Both the position numbers and the translations under genes were made by a program. Below, one piece after another: positions 31,395 through 39,769 of a stretch of DNA of 46,439 nucleotides. Positions within the stretch are counted from its first letter, which is position 1. Each line of letters opens with the position of its first letter. Below the pieces are notes generated by a model. It was not told where the DNA came from, made no database searches, and worked only from the letters and a program-made list of their open reading frames with translations. Origin of the DNA: a virus (Duplodnaviria > Heunggongvirae > Uroviricota > Caudoviricetes); the IMG/VR virus record IMGVR_UViG_2579779067_000003, one strand, 5' to 3'.

Positions 31395-31791
31395 CTGATA
31401 TCATTGGGGTTACACCAGGTAAGTATAGGTGGAAAATCAATATTCGCCAGTTCAACAATAAGGAAAATCTCATTGCATCACAACTATAAAACCATGTGTT
31501 TAACTCACAAAAAACAAATCATTAAACTAATCTGTTATATTATAATAGCTGCGTGCAATAATAATATTATATGCTCTTAATATTCACTTGAAATATCTTC
31601 ATATAAAAACAGATTGAATAAAATCTTTTGGGGCTGGTATGTTTACCAACATTAAATTGCATCTCAATGTTTTCTTTAGCGTGAACAGGATTTTTATACA
31701 AACTGACACTATGGGCATCATAGCGTAGTTTTTACGATTGTAAATATCCTGCATACAGGAACTCATCACTTTCAGATGATATCGCATACAG

Positions 31792-32751
31792 TTAATTCAC
31801 CATCAGTCTTAGAGCCAGTTCTTCCGGATAGGGATCGAAGTAATTCTGTGTAAGCAAGTAATCATTAGGATACTCACCCAGATAATGCTTCAGCAGAGTC
31901 AACGGCGCAAGAAGAGGCAATGTGCCAAAGCGATAGTTAAGTATAACCTCGCTCAACTCTTTACGCTGGCGTGTACTTAAGTAATTACTAAAATACCCCT
32001 GTATATGCATCAGCACATTCGTGTGATTTTTACGTGATGCTGGTTTTCTGAGAATCGCCATCAGATTATCACGATACACCTCAAAGTATGATTCAAGGTC
32101 CGCCCACTCGTGTATTGCAGCCACAAATGGTCCCATATCTTTATAGCCTGCCTGGCTATGCGCCAACAACTGAAGCTTATAACGACTATGAAAAGCTAAT
32201 AACTCTCTTCTTGATAATTTCTCCTTGTAAAGATGATTGAGCTCATGCAAAGCAAAAACTCTTTCAATAAAATTCTCACGAAGCACTGGATCATGTAATC
32301 GCCCATCCTCTTCAACCGGTAGCCAGGAAAACTTTTCCATCAAAGTGCTCGTAAATAGTCCCACTCCATCTTTACGACCTCGATTACCATTTTCATCATA
32401 GACACGCACGCGCTCCATGCCACAGCTGGGAGATTTAGCACAAACCACAAACCCCGATACATCCTTTAATTTGTCCATATAAGAACGACTAAACTCTGTC
32501 ATTCTCTCTGTCACATCCTCATTCTGGTCGTGGCTGAAACACATCCGTATATTTCCTTGCTTCGAGCGCACAAGTCGTAGAGCAGGACGCGGAACTGGCA
32601 GCCCTATAGCCATTTCCGGACATACTGGTCTGAATGTTACCCATTCCACTAATTTGTCCATTAAAAAGTCATCTCTTTTGTGACCACCATCAAAACGAAC
32701 AGCAGAACCGCCCAAACAACCGCTGATCCCAATCACAGGTTTTTTTATCAT
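31792..32751 (-). CDS. DUF523/DUF1722 two-domain protein (TudS/YbgA-like)
   Basis: N-terminal GISGCLGGSAVRFDGGHK motif typical of DUF523, conserved Cys at about 12, 44, 105; C-terminal half YbgA-like. Confidence 0.65.
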   Translation of the reverse strand: MIKKPVIGISGCLGGSAVRFDGGHKRDDFLMDKLVEWVTFRPVCPEMAIGLPVPRPALRLVRSKQGNIRMCFSHDQNEDVTERMTEFSRSYMDKLKDVSGFVVCAKSPSCGMERVRVYDENGNRGRKDGVGLFTSTLMEKFSWLPVEEDGRLHDPVLRENFIERVFALHELNHLYKEKLSRRELLAFHSRYKLQLLAHSQAGYKDMGPFVAAIHEWADLESYFEVYRDNLMAILRKPASRKNHTNVLMHIQGYFSNYLSTRQRKELSEVILNYRFGTLPLLAPLTLLKHYLGEYPNDYLLTQNYFDPYPEELALRLMVN

Positions 32752-32943
32752 TTCCTCCCCCTTGACTAATTCATTAACACATAAACTTTGTAATGCACGG
32801 ACTAAATTGCCTTTCTGGCTTCATCACTGACAATTTTTCTGTTATGGACTATTCCTAATATAGTAGGAAAGTTCTTTAAGTGATCGGTCGTACTCATCTA
32901 TCTTTCATACTTACTCTCAACTATCAAAAGTACAGGATTTATT

Positions 32944-33468
32944 ATGAAGTTATGGCCTGTGTTGACTGGCATTGCACTCTCTTTCACTCTTATAGCATGT
33001 AAGGCCCCGACACCACCTAAAGGTGTGCAGCCGATTACAAATTTTGACGCCAACCGCTACCTCGGAAAATGGTATGAAATAGCTCGCCTCGAGAACTGGT
33101 TCGAACGTGGTCTGGAACAAGTCAGCGCTACTTATGAAAAACGGAACGACGGAGGGATTCGCGTACTTAACCGTGGATACGATCCAACGAAAAACAAATG
33201 GAGCGAGAGCGAAGGTAAAGCATACTTTACTGGAGATACTAAAACTGCAGCGTTGAAAGTTTCGTTTTTTGGCCCCTTCTATGGTGGCTATAATGTAATC
33301 AAGCTGGATGATGAGTATAAGTATGCTCTTGTCAGTGGTCCGAACAGAGAATACCTATGGATTCTGGCAAGGACCCAAACTATTCCAGATAATGTAAAAG
33401 CAGACTATGTGCGTACCGCTCAAAAGTTGGGATTCAATGTCAATGAACTATTATGGGTTAAACAATAA
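32944..33468 (+). CDS. blc: Bacterial lipocalin Blc-like outer membrane lipoprotein
   Basis: 174 aa; signal peptide with lipobox LIAC; NFDANRYLGKWYEIARLENWFERGLE and SFFGPFYGGYNVI motifs as in E. coli Blc. Confidence 0.85.
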   Translation: MKLWPVLTGIALSFTLIACKAPTPPKGVQPITNFDANRYLGKWYEIARLENWFERGLEQVSATYEKRNDGGIRVLNRGYDPTKNKWSESEGKAYFTGDTKTAALKVSFFGPFYGGYNVIKLDDEYKYALVSGPNREYLWILARTQTIPDNVKADYVRTAQKLGFNVNELLWVKQ

Positions 33469-33496
33469 AATCCCCACCCGAAATGATACTTATTAG

Positions 33497-33523
33497 AAAA
33501 AAACCAGCCTTTGGGGAGGCTGG
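33497..33523 (-). terminator. Candidate tR-prime terminator downstream of Q
   Basis: Plus-strand A7 (33497-33503) then CCAGCC-TTTGGGGA-GGCTGG; on minus transcript hairpin followed by U7. Confidence 0.55.
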
Positions 33524-33582
33524 CTAAATCAGGAAACAAGCTGTTATATGATAATAACTACGTTGCGATTCCAACATTTAAA

Positions 33583-33611
33583 ATGTTAGACTAATGAAAA
33601 TCAGACAGCAA
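33583..33611 (-). promoter_or_regulatory. Candidate late promoter pR-prime (-35 TTGCTG, 17-nt spacer, -10 TAACAT on minus strand)
   Basis: Hand-identified sigma70-like hexamers just downstream of Q stop and about 60-80 nt upstream of the hairpin terminator, matching the lambda pR-prime/tR-prime layout. Confidence 0.35.
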
Positions 33612-33623
33612 CTTTTCCTTTGA

Positions 33624-34001
33624 TTATTTCGAACAATCAGCATCCATCTCCAATCGGAGATCCAACACCATCAGCATGCCCTCCACTACGCCCTCAGCTT
33701 TCTGGAGCATCCTGCCAACCCAACAATCAGATCGCCCATGCTTACGTGCAAGCGCCATAAAAGTCATGCCGCCGACATAATAGTCCACCAATAAATCATG
33801 TAAATCGCTGTTGTTTTTTTTCAGGCGAGCCATACATTCACAAATGATCATCGCGTCATCGTCACAGCATTGCGGACGAGATCTTACTTTTGAAGGAATT
33901 AATCCCTTAAAACCGGCGGCAATGGACGACCAGGTCACATCTTCATGATTATTAGCCGCCCATGCCCCCCAACGCTCAAGAACCATCTGAATATCACGCA
34001 T
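33624..34001 (-). CDS. quuQ: Antitermination protein Q (small Phage_antitermQ type)
   Basis: [60 protein letters not shown]...; ATG at 33999-34001; track start is TTG extension. Confidence 0.75.
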   Translation of the reverse strand: MRDIQMVLERWGAWAANNHEDVTWSSIAAGFKGLIPSKVRSRPQCCDDDAMIICECMARLKKNNSDLHDLLVDYYVGGMTFMALARKHGRSDCWVGRMLQKAEGVVEGMLMVLDLRLEMDADCSK

Positions 34002-34018
34002 CAACTTACTCCACAAAA

Positions 34019-35068
34019 TTAGGCCAGCACACCAATTGCCAGCGCGCGATCGATAAATCGAAAAATCAGCTCCAGTTGGGAGCCATACTTCTCTTCAAAT
34101 GCCACGGTACCCGTATGCAACTCGTCGTGATGCTTTCTGCACAAAGGCAACACAAAGAGATCATGTGCTTTGGTTCCCATTCCGCCCTGCCCGTGACCAA
34201 TCAGATGATGCGGATCGTCGGCTGGCATACCGCAGCAAGCACACGGCTGTGTCTTAACCCAGCGTGTGTATTTCTCCTTAACCCAACGGTGACGTTTAGG
34301 CAGCTTCATGAAAGATTCCGGAGACTCAGGATCAACGGTGATGCTTACCACCGTTTTTTCCTGTGATGGGTTTTGTCGCTGGTGGGCGTGAGGCAACGGT
34401 GCAAGATTTTTTGTGCGCTGTTTCAATATGCTGGTGGCGGTCTGCTCTCCCGGTACGATGTCGCTTTCGCGGTACACCGAGCAGTTTTTTTCCGCTGGTA
34501 ATCCCAGCGAGCGACGTAATACCGCTTCCGGTAGCGCGTCCGCCACCTGATTGCGGACCGCCCACCAGGATAATTCAGCCAGAGATAATTCACGCTCCTG
34601 CGTACCGCTTATTGCGTGACCGATGACGTCAATCATCCATGCTGACAGGTTTTGATGAGCAAGTTGCTCGAGTGATTCGGATGTCTGGTCACGCAGCTGG
34701 TTGTCGCAGTGCCAGCACAACACCATTGCGCCGGTACCATAACGGTGAATAACGGTTTCGCTGTGATGATAATCGCCGTGTGGCCACTGGCAGGATTTAA
34801 TATGGCGCAACAGCCAGTCAGACAATGCACCAGCACCACCAGCAGTACGAATTACCCGTGCATTACTGAAAAACGGCAGCAATGTTTTGTCTTCCACCAG
34901 CGGCTGGCGAACGGCAGGAACGACCCCGGACGGCAGATTACGCATGCTTTTCGGTTCCGGCTCCACCAGTACCCGGGTATTGTGGAATACCGGCATGGAT
35001 TCACGGCCCGGCTTAACGACCACCAGCCCGAGTTCCGGTACCAGAACAGGTCGAAGTAATACCCGCAC
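34019..35068 (-). CDS. ydfU: YdfU-like protein (DUF968)
   Basis: 349 aa with C-terminal Cys/His cluster ([43 protein letters not shown]); nin-region position. Confidence 0.7.
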   Translation of the reverse strand: MRVLLRPVLVPELGLVVVKPGRESMPVFHNTRVLVEPEPKSMRNLPSGVVPAVRQPLVEDKTLLPFFSNARVIRTAGGAGALSDWLLRHIKSCQWPHGDYHHSETVIHRYGTGAMVLCWHCDNQLRDQTSESLEQLAHQNLSAWMIDVIGHAISGTQERELSLAELSWWAVRNQVADALPEAVLRRSLGLPAEKNCSVYRESDIVPGEQTATSILKQRTKNLAPLPHAHQRQNPSQEKTVVSITVDPESPESFMKLPKRHRWVKEKYTRWVKTQPCACCGMPADDPHHLIGHGQGGMGTKAHDLFVLPLCRKHHDELHTGTVAFEEKYGSQLELIFRFIDRALAIGVLA

Positions 35069-35069
35069 G

Positions 35070-35348
35070 TTACCTCCAGATGCGTTGCTGGAATGTACGG
35101 GACGGACGCGGTGGGCGTTCGGAGTAAGGCAATCTGACTGAGATTATCCAGTGACGGTAGTCGAGACTAAGGGCTTTCTTAACCTCGTATCCGCGCCTGC
35201 GGTAACACTGAATTATCCATTCAGCCTGCTCTTCAGTGCATGGAGGGTGCTGGAACCATTCAGACTTGAATGCGTGAGAATACCGCTCGTGCGTGCAGGC
35301 AAGAACGGGCGAATTATCAGAATTGTAATATTTTACGTTGCGTGCCAT
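35070..35348 (-). CDS. Hypothetical nin-region protein
   Basis: 92-aa ORF with ATG start, Cys/His/Trp-rich; possibly Rem-like but not verified. Confidence 0.4.
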   Translation of the reverse strand: MARNVKYYNSDNSPVLACTHERYSHAFKSEWFQHPPCTEEQAEWIIQCYRRRGYEVKKALSLDYRHWIISVRLPYSERPPRPSRTFQQRIWR

Positions 35349-35414
35349 CGGTTTTCTCCGGTGGCACGGTGTTACTCAGCGGGAGTTCAGCCCCGCGCAA
35401 GATTGTAGATGAGT

Positions 35415-35678
35415 TTATTCTTCTGCAAAAGCTGAAAAGCCTGCTTTTATTCCGATCTCTTTCAGTGCCTGTAATGAAGTGACAAACTCACCTTCGCGCA
35501 AGATAAATCCGTCTGTCACTCGACCATCCACAAAATTAATTAACGCAGCCCCATTCTTTCGCAAACACATAATGCGGTAATGACTAACAAGATTTCCATT
35601 TTCAACGCACACAGCATAGAGGCCATCTTCACAAAAATTTTTACGCAGTTCTTCGATGTTCATCATCATGTTCATCAT
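35415..35678 (-). CDS. Hypothetical nin-region protein
   Basis: 87-aa ORF beginning MMNMMMNIEELRKNF; no family assigned. Confidence 0.4.
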   Translation of the reverse strand: MMNMMMNIEELRKNFCEDGLYAVCVENGNLVSHYRIMCLRKNGAALINFVDGRVTDGFILREGEFVTSLQALKEIGIKAGFSAFAEE

Positions 35679-35797
35679 CAGAATCCTTCCGGATAATTAG
35701 CTCTCCCCTTTAAGGGACCATCCCTCTTCTCCCTGCGCGCTACTTAAGTATTTTTGATTCTATTCCGGCACCGTCCAGAACTTCAAACGCGTTGAAA

Positions 35798-35826
35798 ATA
35801 AAAACAAAAACCCGCCGAAGCGGGTT
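35798..35826 (-). terminator. Intrinsic terminator of the hok transcript
   Basis: Plus-strand A-rich run then AACCCGC-CGAA-GCGGGTT; on minus transcript hairpin followed by UUUUUGUUUUU. Confidence 0.6.
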
Positions 35827-35894
35827 AAGTGCGGGTGCGTTGAGGATGCCTGCCACATCAGAGGTGGCGAGGGATTTCTCCCTCGCCGGGTCTC

Positions 35895-36050
35895 TTACTC
35901 CTCAGGTTCGTAAGCTGTGAAGACAGCGACCTCCGTCTGGCCGGTTCGAATTCGTACCTCGCAAAGGTCTTTCCTCGTTACCAGTGCCGTCACTATGACG
36001 GTTAAACAGATGACGATCAGGGCGATTAACATCGCCTTTTGCTGCTTCAT
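35895..36050 (-). CDS. hokD: Hok-family type I toxin
   Basis: MKQQKAMLIALIVICLTVIVTALVTRKDLCEVRIRTGQTEVAVFTAYEPEE (51 aa); track ORF with 19-codon upstream extension may correspond to the overlapping mok frame. Confidence 0.85.
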   Translation of the reverse strand: MKQQKAMLIALIVICLTVIVTALVTRKDLCEVRIRTGQTEVAVFTAYEPEE

Positions 36051-36280
36051 AGCCTGCTTCTCCTTGCCTTTCGGCACGTAAGAGGCTAACCTACATGTGT
36101 CTAGCATGAAATTGGCCTCAGATTAATGTTAAGCGTCTTGCAGGACGCGTAATGTTAACTGGGGCTTTTCTCTATCTGCCTTTGGTGTTCATGCCTGAGA
36201 CAGATAGCCTCAAGCACCCACGGAAACTTTACTAAAGGAGTTATAGCTTTTCCAGTAGTCTCAACATATTCACATTGCTA

Positions 36281-37837
36281 TTACCTATCAAACAACGGAT
36301 GTATTACAAAATCTCTCTTCATATCAGTAATATCCAAATTAGGTTTATCAAAAGATGAATATATAATTAAAGATGCTGTTTTCCTTATGCCAACCACGCC
36401 TACGACGAACCAGACTTTAAGTAACTCCTCAAAATTCATCAATATTTTTGTATGTTGATCATCCTCTTTAACTACAGTCAATCTATCAAGTAAATGCTGC
36501 GATATATCATCTTTTACTGCTTGTCCTATGTTTGAGACTGTAAAATCAGAAAATGAAATCAAGGAAAGCACATCCAAATATTCTTCGATAAACGGATATA
36601 TGCTTTTCCATTCTGTAACCAAAGCTCTCTTTCTGGACGAATAAAATTTCTCTTCGGCAATTAACACAATATTTTCATTCATGTTAACCATACCATCGCA
36701 CTCAGAAAGACATATATTTACGAAATTAATTGCATCTCTAGGCCTAAGCATTGTTCTGTCAAGGATATAATCATCTGCTCCAATACCTTCAACTGTAAAA
36801 TTAAAAATATCCTTCATTAATACAGACTTATTTGATTGATATCTATTTTTAACCAAATGGTTAATTCTAGCATCAATAATCTCTCTTATTTCCGTTTTAT
36901 TCCATGATATGGAATATATTAAAGATTGATCTTTCTCATCCTGCCTTAAACTACTTTTATAAATTCCCATTAAAATATCTGTTCTTATTGATATCAGAAC
37001 CTTAACCGACTTTATATCTAATAATTCTCGAAAGGCCTCAAGAAGAGCATTAATAAAGTCATATCTGATGGCGCTCGTGCTTAACCAAGATTTATCTAAA
37101 TCATCGATACTGATTACTATTCTAACCTGGTTTGAGTCAGCGAACTCCTCTTTAAGTATTTTAATAAGTTCTTTTTGTTTAAAAAGAAGTTCACGACTCA
37201 CATAACTTGAAGTTTCTGATTGTATTTTGGCTGTATCAGAATTAGATATTTTACCACCCACACCAACAGCGGAATTTCCGAGTTTGAATGACAAATCACT
37301 TTCAAGCTTGTTACTTATTTCAATGAGCGCTTTATCATTGAAGAAATTTTCTTTAAATTGTTCAATATAATCATTCGCAACTTCTGGTTTATACGGTTTC
37401 TTCTTACCACCAATAAGATCTTTAATTTCCTCAAAAAAGCTTTGATAGGAAGAACGATAAACGGCTGGTATAACTTTCATAAGTAATACATGCAGCCATA
37501 ACGATTTATAAAACCCACGTAAATCTATCCCTTTCGAGATCAAATCAGATATAAACACATTGTTATTAATATGTTCAAATATCGTATTTTCTGCCTCTAT
37601 TGTGTCATGCAGCTTAATATTTCCTTTGTCTAATATTTTTTTAAGCAACGCAGACTTACCGCTTCCTGTTCTTCCAACAATAATTCTTCTTGTAAAATCA
37701 GGATTCTTCTCAGTAGAGTCAAAATTCACAATACCTTTAAAAACATTGGACTCATAAAAACAAGCATCAAGATAAGAATCAGTTTCCGCCTCTAATTTTC
37801 CAATCTCATCATTATTTCTGAATTTATAGGCATTCAT
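36281..37837 (-). CDS. AT-rich P-loop NTPase, KAP/PifA-like by motif (candidate phage-exclusion protein); function unproven
   Basis: 518 aa; Walker A GRTGSGKS at about residue 55, Walker B-like IVISIDDLDK about 180 residues later, RPRDAINF arginine-finger/sensor-like motif; sampled 60-nt lines are roughly 25-30 percent G+C versus about 45-50 percent in tail genes (hand counts). Confidence 0.6.
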   Translation of the reverse strand: MNAYKFRNNDEIGKLEAETDSYLDACFYESNVFKGIVNFDSTEKNPDFTRRIIVGRTGSGKSALLKKILDKGNIKLHDTIEAENTIFEHINNNVFISDLISKGIDLRGFYKSLWLHVLLMKVIPAVYRSSYQSFFEEIKDLIGGKKKPYKPEVANDYIEQFKENFFNDKALIEISNKLESDLSFKLGNSAVGVGGKISNSDTAKIQSETSSYVSRELLFKQKELIKILKEEFADSNQVRIVISIDDLDKSWLSTSAIRYDFINALLEAFRELLDIKSVKVLISIRTDILMGIYKSSLRQDEKDQSLIYSISWNKTEIREIIDARINHLVKNRYQSNKSVLMKDIFNFTVEGIGADDYILDRTMLRPRDAINFVNICLSECDGMVNMNENIVLIAEEKFYSSRKRALVTEWKSIYPFIEEYLDVLSLISFSDFTVSNIGQAVKDDISQHLLDRLTVVKEDDQHTKILMNFEELLKVWFVVGVVGIRKTASLIIYSSFDKPNLDITDMKRDFVIHPLFDR

Positions 37838-38086
37838 TGAACAAAAGCTCCATGCTATCTGTAGTTTGGTTTTTAATTATAAAAACATTTTATTAACAAT
37901 TCCACTAAATTGAAACATAATGACAACATGAAACAAAACGTTAGAGGTCAGTTGGCATCAATTGCTCTACCTAAGCTCTGTTACCGACTCCCCGACTACT
38001 CCCCAAAATTTTTTGTCTCTGGTATCCGTTGCTGTTCCGGCGACATTCCTGCGCCGCAGCCTGTTTCGACGCTGTTGACCTTTCGG

Positions 38087-38299
38087 TTACCGCTTTTGCA
38101 ATGCAGATTTTTCCTGCCAGTTCGGTACCAGCCGATATTTTTTCCCCTCCCGCACAAGCTGCCCGTACCGCTGTATGTTCTGGAGCAGGTTTTGAATTTT
38201 CTTGTTGGTCACACCAAGAGCATCAGCCAGCTCCCGGAACGTGGCTTCCCCGTTCTCCAGCAAATGCTGGATTGCGGCCTGTTGATTACTGCTGTGCAT
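38087..38299 (-). CDS. Small winged-helix-like protein translationally adjacent to the O-like gene
   Basis: 70 aa, ATG 2 nt after O-like stop with AGGGGG upstream; HTH-like segment TFRELADALGVTNKKIQNLL. Confidence 0.45.
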   Translation of the reverse strand: MHSSNQQAAIQHLLENGEATFRELADALGVTNKKIQNLLQNIQRYGQLVREGKKYRLVPNWQEKSALQKR

Positions 38300-38301
38300 A
38301 C

Positions 38302-39267
38302 CTACCCCCTGAATCCCGGTGGAATTTCGCTGTCCGGCTCAGAAATATGATTCACACAACGCTGTACAGGTGAACGCCCCAGGCGAATGACCAGTTCATC
38401 CCATTTTTCGCGGAGCTTTGAAGGGCTCATGATGTTTTTTACCCAGAATGGATCTCGCTGAACCCGACCAAACATTTCGCAAATTTGTTTATGGCTTCTG
38501 CCATCCAGCATCCGCATTGTGCGCACGTCATTAGCCCAGGCAGTCCAGTTAGGCTCTTTTGGTCGCATGATCTCGCCATCATCACTGGCGGCCTGTTCGT
38601 AAAGGCTCACGATTCGTGCCCAGATCCATTGCGCACACGCCAAATCCTCCTGATTCCCCCACTGACGTTTTTTAGCACTGAAAACCACCGCGTCAGGATA
38701 TTGGGTTAAATAATTCTGTTCAGCTGTCTGCGGGTCCGATTGCGAAGCTTCCGGACGAAAAGTGTTTTTATTCTCTGTAGTAATCTCTGTTGTATTCTCT
38801 GTAAGATCATCAGGCCATTTTGACCCGATGACATTGGGTCGTTTTGAACCAATGGAGCGTTTCATTTTGACCTCTTCCATCGTGTCATTTTGACCTGATG
38901 GAGCGGCGCATTTTGAACCGATGGATTCGCTCAATTTGCCATCATCTAAAAGCTCGCTCCCATAGTTAATCGTGTAGAAATTGGTCATATCGCGCTTTGA
39001 TTTATTGAGCTTTTCACAACGCAAAAGCCCCAGCGTTTTCAGACTTGCAAACGCGCGCTTTAACGTTGACTCTGACCAGAATGGGAACTGTTCCAGCCAT
39101 TGTTCCGTTGTGTTGTAAATCCAGCGAACACCATCACATTCCATGCCGGAATTGGTATCTCTCAACCAGTAATGCAACTGCTGCAACACAATGGCTTCAT
39201 TTAAGCCAATCTTCATCGCAAGCTGTGTGTTTATAACCAGTGGGCGTTCAGCAAAAAGAAGGCTCAT
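38302..39267 (-). CDS. Replication initiator (lambda O-like / phage replisome organizer N-terminal domain)
   Basis: About 320 aa with N-terminal winged-helix region (LQQLHYWL...) and internal repeated SIGSK peptide motifs encoded by DNA iterons; ATG at 39265-39267; track start 39321 is a TTG extension. Confidence 0.7.
   Translation of the reverse strand: MSLLFAERPLVINTQLAMKIGLNEAIVLQQLHYWLRDTNSGMECDGVRWIYNTTEQWLEQFPFWSESTLKRAFASLKTLGLLRCEKLNKSKRDMTNFYTINYGSELLDDGKLSESIGSKCAAPSGQNDTMEEVKMKRSIGSKRPNVIGSKWPDDLTENTTEITTENKNTFRPEASQSDPQTAEQNYLTQYPDAVVFSAKKRQWGNQEDLACAQWIWARIVSLYEQAASDDGEIMRPKEPNWTAWANDVRTMRMLDGRSHKQICEMFGRVQRDPFWVKNIMSPSKLREKWDELVIRLGRSPVQRCVNHISEPDSEIPPGFRG
38817..38932. repeat. 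Candidate replication origin: five direct iterons (consensus about ATTTTGAcC-n-GATGGA) at roughly 23-bp spacing inside the O-like gene, flanked by an AT-rich tract
   Basis: Repeat starts hand-mapped at 38817, 38841, 38864, 38887, 38910; adjacent AT-rich segment 38760-38815. Confidence 0.6.
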
Positions 39268-39769
39268 AATTCCATCCAGCTTTTTGTTGGTATTGCTGTC
39301 GATACGCAAGTTTGAAAGCAATTGCTTTTTCTATAAGTTCGTCAGTTTCACGATCCACTACGGCAGGATCAGCAAAAAGCAGTCCGGACTCCACCACATC
39401 GCCATATTCTTTGTTTAACCCGGCGATCATGTACGTGATGCTTTTTCCGTCACTAATTTCACGATACAACCTGAAATCATTAATCCGGATAGCCTCCATA
39501 ATTGCAGGCACTAGCGCCGTGAACTTTTCACGCTTATCCCTGGTGTCGATAGCCTTCCAGCGTTCGAATATCTTCACTCGATTAACGCCAAGCGCTCGCT
39601 GATCAACCGCGCCACCTTCATCTGTGACACGCTGAACATCGATGTTCGGGCGCTCTTTCAAAGCCCAGAATGCTTCAGTGATTAATATCGTCGCCTGCTC
39701 CTGTGTCATTCCTGGTCGACATATCCAAGCATCCAGAGCCTCACGAGCCTGTTCAGGAGTGATTTTCAT
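39248..39769 (-). CDS. Hypothetical early-region protein (cII-position)
   Basis: 173-aa ORF between cro-like gene and O-like gene; no family assigned. Confidence 0.45.
   Translation of the reverse strand: MKITPEQAREALDAWICRPGMTQEQATILITEAFWALKERPNIDVQRVTDEGGAVDQRALGVNRVKIFERWKAIDTRDKREKFTALVPAIMEAIRINDFRLYREISDGKSITYMIAGLNKEYGDVVESGLLFADPAVVDRETDELIEKAIAFKLAYRQQYQQKAGWNYEPSFC

Noticed and set aside
33504-33523. The Q-proximal hairpin as a terminator for the plus-strand blc gene
   Set aside because: On the plus strand the hairpin is followed by CTAAATC rather than a U-run, so it is a weak terminator in that direction; it is called on the minus strand only
37910-38373. Plus-strand ORFs of 146 and 114 aa overlapping the small winged-helix gene and the end of the O-like gene
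   Set aside because: Pro/Leu-rich translations without start-site support; the minus-strand 70-aa ORF has a good Shine-Dalgarno sequence and a convincing HTH segment
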